Shown: piece after piece, positions 58,165-64,000 of the stretch
Layout: the number at the start of each line of letters is the position of its first letter
How positions within the stretch are numbered: position 1 is the first letter of the stretch
Source: Vicinamibacterales bacterium
GTDB lineage: Bacteria > Acidobacteriota > Vicinamibacteria > Vicinamibacterales > UBA8438
Direction: 5' to 3'
Assembly (NCBI GenBank): GCA_965247955.1
Contig: OZ252042.1
Location: forward strand, 2,266,559-2,330,558
Length of the DNA stretch: 64,000 bases
Made by a program: the position numbers and the translations under genes
The notes under the pieces: generated by a model
The model's input: only the letters and a program-made list of their open reading frames with translations
Database searches by the model: none
What the model was told of the DNA's origin: nothing

Positions 58165-59265
58165 ATGGATTGCTACGTAATCCTCGGTGTTGAGCGGAAC
58201 GCGACGTTGCCAGACGTCAAGCGCGCCTATAAACGGTTGGCCCGCCGATATCATCCGGATATCAACCCTGGCGATCGCGAGTCCTCAGCGTTTTTCAGCC
58301 GTGCGACTGAGGCTTACGAAATACTGAGCGATCCTGATCGACGTCAGGAGTACGACATGCACGGCCTGCGAGCCAGGGCTGTCGAAAATGCGGCGGTTGA
58401 ATTCCAGGGGTTTGACTTTTCTGCCACGGTCTCGGGTGCATCGGCAAGCTTTAGCGAGCTGTTCTCCGACGTGCTCCAGTCAGCGGTTACCCCTGAGGCG
58501 GCGGCTGATGGGGATCACGGGAGTGACCTGTACGGCCAAGTCTCGCTTGGGTTTGAGGAGGCTCTTGAAGGAGCTGAACAGCAGCTCACGGTCACCCGCC
58601 TTGACACCTGTGTGGCGTGCAACGGCACAGGTATCCGTCGGGCACCTGAGAGTCAGTGTGTCCATTGTCGAGGGGTGGGGACGACCCAGTGGCGGCGTGG
58701 CCACATGGTCTTCTCGAAGGCATGCGTGTACTGCGACGGGTCAGGGCGGCAGCGGAACCGGCCGTGTGCAAAATGCCGGGCCGACGGAGTAGTTGCGTGT
58801 AACGAGGAGATCACGATCCAAATACCGGCTGGAATAAACGATGGTGCCAGGCTCCGCGTTCCAGGCAAGGGCAATGCGGGTCGGCGCGGCAGCTCACCTG
58901 GGAACTTCTATTTAACGGTCACGGTTGAGGACCATCCGTTATATCGTCGCGATGGTGATAACCTCCATCTCCGGGTACCGGTGGCTGTGCACGAGGCCGC
59001 ACTCGGGGCGAAGATCGAAGTTCCGGCGATCGATGGCCAGGCTCGGCTGCGGATTCCTCCGGGGACTCAAACGGGGCAGCGGTTTCGGCTGCGTGCGCGG
59101 GGCGCGAGGTCACCCCGTACCGGCGAGCGTGGAGACCTGATTGTCGAGGTGCACTTGGTCTTACCAAAGCTGGAAGACGAACGATCTAAGGAATTGTTCC
59201 GTGAGCTCGGGCGGATAAATGGGGAGGACGTTCGCCGGACCCTGTTCCAGGAGAACGTTGAATAG
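58165..59265 (+). CDS. dnaJ: molecular chaperone DnaJ
   Basis: J domain with HPD (YHPDINPGD), four CxxCxG zinc-finger repeats and C-terminal substrate-binding domains. Confidence 0.9.
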   Translation: MDCYVILGVERNATLPDVKRAYKRLARRYHPDINPGDRESSAFFSRATEAYEILSDPDRRQEYDMHGLRARAVENAAVEFQGFDFSATVSGASASFSELFSDVLQSAVTPEAAADGDHGSDLYGQVSLGFEEALEGAEQQLTVTRLDTCVACNGTGIRRAPESQCVHCRGVGTTQWRRGHMVFSKACVYCDGSGRQRNRPCAKCRADGVVACNEEITIQIPAGINDGARLRVPGKGNAGRRGSSPGNFYLTVTVEDHPLYRRDGDNLHLRVPVAVHEAALGAKIEVPAIDGQARLRIPPGTQTGQRFRLRARGARSPRTGERGDLIVEVHLVLPKLEDERSKELFRELGRINGEDVRRTLFQENVE

Positions 59266-59271
59266 GGCGAC

Positions 59272-59736
59272 ATGCCTGCGAAACAATCCGGTAAGGCGTA
59301 TTACATGATCAGCGCCGTGGCCCAACGGCACAATATTCACCCCCAGACACTCCGGCTGTACGAGCGCGAGGGGCTATTGAAGCCTTCTCGCACGGAAGGA
59401 AACACGAGGCTCTATTCGGAGGAAGACCTCGAACAGCTCGAAACGATCCTCGCGCTCACCAGAGACCTCGGGGTCAACCTGGCAGGTGTAGAAATCATCC
59501 TCAATATGCGTCGCAAGATGGACCAGATGCAACGCGAAGTCAACGAGTTCATAAATTATGTTAAGAGGGAGATGGCGCGCGGCCTAGAAGATTGGGAGGA
59601 GCGTCTCGGTACGGCGTTGGTGAAAACGACACCGAGTAATCTGGTCCGTGTGATGCCACCGGCCAAAGCGAAATCATCTTCGGCACCCCGTAAGGCCAGC
59701 GCCAGTCGACGGCATTCCTCCTCGGACACGAAATAG
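59272..59736 (+). CDS. hspR: MerR-family heat-shock transcriptional regulator HspR-like
   Basis: YMISAVAQRHNIHPQTLRLYEREGLLKPSRTEGNTRLYSEEDL is a MerR HTH. Its position directly after dnaK-dnaJ is typical of HspR. Confidence 0.8.
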   Translation: MPAKQSGKAYYMISAVAQRHNIHPQTLRLYEREGLLKPSRTEGNTRLYSEEDLEQLETILALTRDLGVNLAGVEIILNMRRKMDQMQREVNEFINYVKREMARGLEDWEERLGTALVKTTPSNLVRVMPPAKAKSSSAPRKASASRRHSSSDTK

Positions 59737-59804
59737 ATCGCACAGATCTGGTACTGAGAGTATGCTGTGGACGGGTGGACGTTCCCTGCCCACCACGACG
59801 GTTG

Positions 59805-60668
59805 ATGAGTTGTCCCCACTGTAACGGCACCGGTTGGCGAAGCCAGGAGGTCGATGGCGTTCGGCGTGTAGAGCGATGCGACTGCTGGCGACAGCAGGTC
59901 ACAACCACTCTCGTGTCGAAGGCGAAGATTCCCTCGCGGTATAGAAAGTGTGACTTTACTGCGTTCGTCACCTACCCTAACGAGCAGCTGCTGCGGGCTG
60001 TAAAGAAGGCGCACGAGTTTACTGAGGCGTTTCCGATCGTCGAGAAGGGCATGTTGTTCATTGGACCGCCTGGGGTCGGTAAGACGCACCTGGCGGTGGC
60101 GGTGCTTCGTGAGGTCATTTTGAAAAAGGCTGTGCGCGGTCTGTATTACGACACCCGCACGCTTCTGAGCACGATTCGCAGCACTTACAACCCGGTCACA
60201 CGCACCTCGGAGGCGGACATTCTTGGCCGCGTCATGCGGGCGGAGCTGCTCGTGCTCGATGATCTTGGTGCCGAACGGTTGACCGATTGGGTTGAGGAGA
60301 TGATGCATCTGATTGTCAACACTCGGTACAACGATCGACGCCCGACCATCTTCACCTCTAACTATCAGAGCGTGCCGGACATGGATGGTGCCACGGAGTC
60401 CGTTGCCGCGCAGGTTTTACTGAGTGAGCGGGTTGGCGTTCGTATGCACTCGCGCTTGCGCGAGATGTGCGAATTTCTTGAATACGACGGGCCCGACTAC
60501 CGTGATTTCGAATATCCTCCAACGTCGGAGAACCTTCTCCAGCGCTGGAAGCAGTCGAAGGGACGGGCCCGACAGCGAATGCCCAGGCGCACGTCGGTTC
60601 GGGCACGTGCCCAGCTTAAGGAGGGCCAGCTCGATCTCGGTTGGTCGGGTGGGAAAGCGAGTAGTTGA
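59805..60668 (+). CDS. DnaC/IstB-like AAA+ ATPase with N-terminal zinc ribbon
   Basis: CPHCNGTGW...CDCW, Walker A GPPGVGKTHLAVA, Walker B LLVLDDLG, then TIFTSN (sensor I). There is no adjacent IstA-like transposase. Confidence 0.75.
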   Translation: MSCPHCNGTGWRSQEVDGVRRVERCDCWRQQVTTTLVSKAKIPSRYRKCDFTAFVTYPNEQLLRAVKKAHEFTEAFPIVEKGMLFIGPPGVGKTHLAVAVLREVILKKAVRGLYYDTRTLLSTIRSTYNPVTRTSEADILGRVMRAELLVLDDLGAERLTDWVEEMMHLIVNTRYNDRRPTIFTSNYQSVPDMDGATESVAAQVLLSERVGVRMHSRLREMCEFLEYDGPDYRDFEYPPTSENLLQRWKQSKGRARQRMPRRTSVRARAQLKEGQLDLGWSGGKASS

Positions 60669-60758
60669 TGCTAGGCCCCCAGGGTTCAGGGGTGGTGCGT
60701 GACTGTGTCACGGACGTTCCATTCAGCTAGCTAGTGCCATTTGGGCTATCTTATCCGA

Positions 60759-61892
60759 ATGACAATGTCAGCTGCGGCGCCGCTTGGACTCTACCTTCAC
60801 ATTCCATTCTGCCAATCGATTTGCAGCTACTGCAATTTTAATCGTGGACTGCTCGATGAAAATCTGAAAAGTCGGTATCTCGAGGCGCTTGCGGCTGAAG
60901 TCCGACGCGCCGGCGACGGGTCGCGAGTCGACACAATCTATTTTGGAGGTGGGACGCCGTCGTTACTCGAACCGGATGAAGTCCAGTGCCTGCTTGAGGC
61001 TTGTTACGCTGGATTCGAGCTGGATGATACTGTGGAGGTCAGCTTTGAAGTTAACCCAGAGACCGCGACGCCGGCGCGGCTTCGAGGGTGGCTCGACGCC
61101 GGGGTGAACCGACTCAGTTTTGGGGTGCAGTCGTTCCATAACGCCGAGCTTAAGCGGCTTGGCCGCCGGCACAGTGCTGAACGGGCACGGGACGCCTTCG
61201 TAGCAGCCCGCGCGGCTGGATGTAGTAATGTCAGTCTTGATCTGATGCTCTGGCTGCCGGCGCAAACGCGCGCCGACTGCCGTGCCTCCGTCGAGACGCT
61301 CGTTGGGCTTGATCCCGATCATGCTTCGCTCTACATACTCGAGCTGTATCCGAACTCACCTCTCCGGGAAGAGATGGAGCGTGGCAGTTGGTCTCTGGCG
61401 CCAGACGAGGACGCGGCTGCTATGTATCTCGATGCGTTAAGGATCACCGACGCAGCTGGCTATGAGCAATACGAGATTTCCAACGTGGCGAAGATTGGAC
61501 ACCGATGTCGGCATAATCTCAAGTATTGGCAAGATGGTGAATGGCTTGGGTTTGGCTGCGGCGCTCACTCGACTCGGGCCGGCTGCCGGTGGAAAAACCT
61601 CGCCGAAACGGACCGGTACATCGATGCGGTTTGGAAGGAGGCCTCGGTAGATCGCCGCTCGCTCAGCGTCGAGGAACGCCTGGGTGACGCCTTGATCACG
61701 GGTCTTCGTCTTACCGATGGTGTGGACCTCGACTGGGTCAAACGCCGCTACGGCGTGGACGTCATAAACCGTTATCGACCGGCACTGCAGGGGTTTGAGG
61801 AAACCGGTCTAGTGGTGCACAATGCTGGCCGGCTTCGGCTGACACGGTCGGGGATGCTGCTTGCCAACGAAGTAATGAGCACTTTTGTCTGA
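60759..61892 (+). CDS. hemW: radical SAM family heme chaperone HemW (coproporphyrinogen III oxidase-like)
   Basis: LYLHIPFCQSICSYCNF (CxxxCxxC) and a HemN C-terminal-like domain. The start is ATG 60759 or TTG 60741. Confidence 0.85.
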   Translation: MTMSAAAPLGLYLHIPFCQSICSYCNFNRGLLDENLKSRYLEALAAEVRRAGDGSRVDTIYFGGGTPSLLEPDEVQCLLEACYAGFELDDTVEVSFEVNPETATPARLRGWLDAGVNRLSFGVQSFHNAELKRLGRRHSAERARDAFVAARAAGCSNVSLDLMLWLPAQTRADCRASVETLVGLDPDHASLYILELYPNSPLREEMERGSWSLAPDEDAAAMYLDALRITDAAGYEQYEISNVAKIGHRCRHNLKYWQDGEWLGFGCGAHSTRAGCRWKNLAETDRYIDAVWKEASVDRRSLSVEERLGDALITGLRLTDGVDLDWVKRRYGVDVINRYRPALQGFEETGLVVHNAGRLRLTRSGMLLANEVMSTFV

Positions 61893-61954
61893 CTGGACCT
61901 GTACGGTAAAGTATTTCACTCGTGGGGAGGCTGTAAGCTAAGGAGGACAGGGAC

Positions 61955-62437
61955 ATGCGTTTGTTTTCAAATCTGCGGTCGGCTCGCTGGAATGCGTGGG
62001 TAAGTTGCGCACTCGTCGTGGCGTTGGTTACCGGTGTGGGTATCGGGATCGCGTTAACCACAGCCAAGGTCGAGGCCCAAGCTGCTCGGACGTTCAGCGG
62101 TGGACAGGGTATGATGCTCAACTACGTGAAGAATGGGAGTAGGGCTGACTTTGAGCTAGTCATGAACAGACTGGGCGAGGCACTTCAGGCTGGAAACTCT
62201 GAGCGTCAGCAGCAAGCGTCTGGTTGGAAGGTCTATCGTGCTCAGGAGGCTGGTCAGAATAACAGCACCTTGTACGTCTGGTTTATCGATCCGGTTGTGC
62301 CTGGTGCCGATTACACTGTGTCGCAGATTCTGAACGATGCGTTCCCTAGCGAGGTTCAGGATCTCTACACGAGGTTCAGTAATTCCTTTGCCGGCGGCCA
62401 GTCGATGGTTAATCTCGATCTCATTGGCGACTTCTAA
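61955..62437 (+). CDS. hypothetical secreted protein
   Basis: 160-aa ORF with a signal/anchor (WVSCALVVALVTGVGIGIALTTAKVEAQA). I recognise no family. Confidence 0.5.
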   Translation: MRLFSNLRSARWNAWVSCALVVALVTGVGIGIALTTAKVEAQAARTFSGGQGMMLNYVKNGSRADFELVMNRLGEALQAGNSERQQQASGWKVYRAQEAGQNNSTLYVWFIDPVVPGADYTVSQILNDAFPSEVQDLYTRFSNSFAGGQSMVNLDLIGDF

Positions 62438-62541
62438 TCGTTTCTCGGATCCCGTCCAGTGGCGCGTCCCTCGCTAGTGAGGGGCACGCGGCTGCTTCTT
62501 TTTGGCTCGCCAGAGGCTGAGTAGGCTGACTGATTCCTGCT

Positions 62542-63030
62542 TCAGAACGCCAGATTCAATCCGACGTAGACACGTTGTGATTTGTCGTGGAGCGGTTTGC
62601 CTCGAAGGGTGAAGACTCGATAGTCGAAACGTAATCGGATGGGCCCGGCAACCGACATTTTGACACCACCGCCCATGTTGGTTCCGAAGCTAGTTTCTTG
62701 ATGAGCCTCGAGGCGTTCGCGGTACGCTCCTCCGCCGATTGTTCCGTAAAACTGAAGCCCTGAGACATCGAATGGTGTTTGGACGTGCATGTTGAACATG
62801 CCCGACTGCAGTGAGGGCCTGCCGATAGTTTGATTCTGAGACGTTTCAGAGTATTCGAATTCGAAGCCGAGAATGATTAGCGAGAGACCTAGCGCCACAC
62901 CGCGCACGGGGTGATTGACAGGCGTTTGATTGGCACCAATAAACGCCGTGAGGTCAGCCGACGCGGGATTGGCAATACCCAGCAGGAATACGACCGAGAG
63001 CACTAAGGTCGCGAAGACGAGTCGTCGCAT
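62542..63030 (-). CDS. outer-membrane beta-barrel protein (small OmpA-like/porin family)
   Basis: The internal Met at 63030 starts signal peptide MRRLVFATLVLSVVFLLGIANPASA. It shows an alternating amphipathic strand pattern and a C-terminal ...VGLNLAF with terminal Phe. Confidence 0.7.
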   Translation of the reverse strand: MRRLVFATLVLSVVFLLGIANPASADLTAFIGANQTPVNHPVRGVALGLSLIILGFEFEYSETSQNQTIGRPSLQSGMFNMHVQTPFDVSGLQFYGTIGGGAYRERLEAHQETSFGTNMGGGVKMSVAGPIRLRFDYRVFTLRGKPLHDKSQRVYVGLNLAF

Positions 63031-63233
63031 GGACGTCGCCTGGATAGTGGGGCTTCGATACAGTGTTGTCAAGAAGATAGAGTGCTCAAACCGGTGTGAT
63101 AGAGTCTGGCTCGACGGAGACCAAAGGTAGAAGGTAGGAGAAAACTGGCTGGTTTGTTTCATTTTTAGAAGAGATAAAGCTTGCCTGTTTTGATTGTTTT
63201 CCTCTGATCTTCGGGTTTCCACACCCTATCTTC

Positions 63234-63660
63234 TTGGAGATGAAAGTCGTCCTTGATCATATCGGTATTGTGGTTAGCAATCTTGGCGAGGCGCTTGCCT
63301 TCTATCGCGACGCGCTCGGTTTTGAGATCAGCGTGAGTGAAGAGGTCGAGACGCAAGGAGTCCGCGCGCATTTTTTAGCTACGGCTGGGACATCGCTCGA
63401 ACTCCTCGAGGTGACGACGGACTCATCACCGGTGCTCAGTTCATCGGACACCGCGGGCCAGGCTTGCATCATATTACTCTGCGTGTCGACGACATAAACC
63501 AAGCGATCACCCATCTCGAGACCCGTGGCGTTCAGTTGATCGATAAAGTTCCTCGGCTGGGTGCACGGGGCGCATTGATCGCGTTTGTTCATCCGTCGAG
63601 TACGCATGGTGTATTGGTGGAGTTGAAAGAAGAAAAAGGGGAATCAATAATCGCGTATGA
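63234..63660 (+). pseudogene. mce: methylmalonyl-CoA epimerase (VOC family), frameshifted
   Basis: ORF 63234..63497 gives LDHIGIVVSNLGEALAFYRDALGF...LELLEVTTDSSPV. The conserved continuation AQFIGHRGPGLHHITLRVDDI...GVLVELKE lies in another frame (ORF 63464..63769). A 1-nt loss sits near 63432..63436. A second indel in GAAGAAAAAGGGG would end the protein at TGA 63658..63660. Confidence 0.75.
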
Positions 63661-64000
63661 CCATGAAGAGAGAGCCGATTCGGATTGGCATCATTGGCGG
63701 CAGCGGCTTGTACGACATGGAGGAACTGTTAGACCGAGAGGAAGTCAAAATCTCAACACCGTTTGGTGAGCCATCAGCACCGTATGTGGTCGGAACACTG
63801 TCTGGGCAGCGCGTGGCGTTCCTGGCACGTCATGGTGTTGGACATAGGCTCATGCCCTCTGAGCTCAACTTCCGCGCGAACATTTTTGGCCTCAAGAAGC
63901 TCGGTGTTGAGTGGATTCTATCGGCGAGCGCAGTTGGCAGCCTGCAGGAGCGTTATCATCCACTCGACATCGTTGTTCCAAACCAGTTCCTCGATCGCAC
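63657..64000 (+). CDS. mtnP: S-methyl-5'-thioadenosine phosphorylase, N-terminal part (continues beyond window end)
   Basis: My translation from ATG 63657 is [81 protein letters not shown], which is canonical MTAP. Confidence 0.85.
   Translation, partial: MTMKREPIRIGIIGGSGLYDMEELLDREEVKISTPFGEPSAPYVVGTLSGQRVAFLARHGVGHRLMPSELNFRANIFGLKKLGVEWILSASAVGSLQERYHPLDIVVPNQFLDR

Noticed and set aside
1-64000. I searched for CRISPR arrays, rRNA genes, additional tRNAs and prophage-sized blocks.
   Set aside because: I saw no regularly spaced short direct repeats and no rRNA-like segments. Only one complete tRNA cloverleaf is present. This was a visual scan only and should be confirmed with tRNAscan-SE, Infernal and a CRISPR finder.

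Overview
This 64-kb chromosomal segment has moderately high GC (not computed) and is densely packed with housekeeping genes on both strands. These include gatC/gatA, nfo, acnA, infA, tRNA-Thr, uvrA, mpg, htrA, efp, uvrC, trpS, scpA-scpB-rluB-cmk, rpsA, an ihfB-like gene, valS, nadC-birA-coaX, argS, mobA, nfeD-slipin, lnt, prfB, PBP1A, dnaK-dnaJ-hspR, hemW and mtnP. A VWFA protein of the acidobacterial type, a PQQ-like propeller and a YfhO-like membrane protein suggest an Acidobacteria-like host; this is inference only.

Accessory and unusual content:
1. A 2,525-bp IS1595-family element (29924..32448) has perfect 24-bp terminal inverted repeats and an 8-bp target duplication (AAAAATTA). It carries a tightly coupled operon: transposase (frameshifted), Dam-family methyltransferase, a 150-aa PD-(D/E)xK-like nuclease and a 63-aa ORF. 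This looks like a restriction-modification system travelling as IS cargo.
2. A decayed integrative element sits at tRNA-Thr(CGU). It is bounded by a 67-bp direct repeat of the tRNA 3' half and keeps only a SAM methyltransferase and a probable integrase relic.
3. A second, solitary Dam-family methyltransferase lies at 7486..8478.
4. Several gene lesions are present: an acyl-CoA dehydrogenase relic, mobA with TGA at codon 2, and a frameshifted methylmalonyl-CoA epimerase.
5. prfB contains the canonical +1 programmed frameshift site.

I found no CRISPR array, no rRNA and no prophage-sized block.
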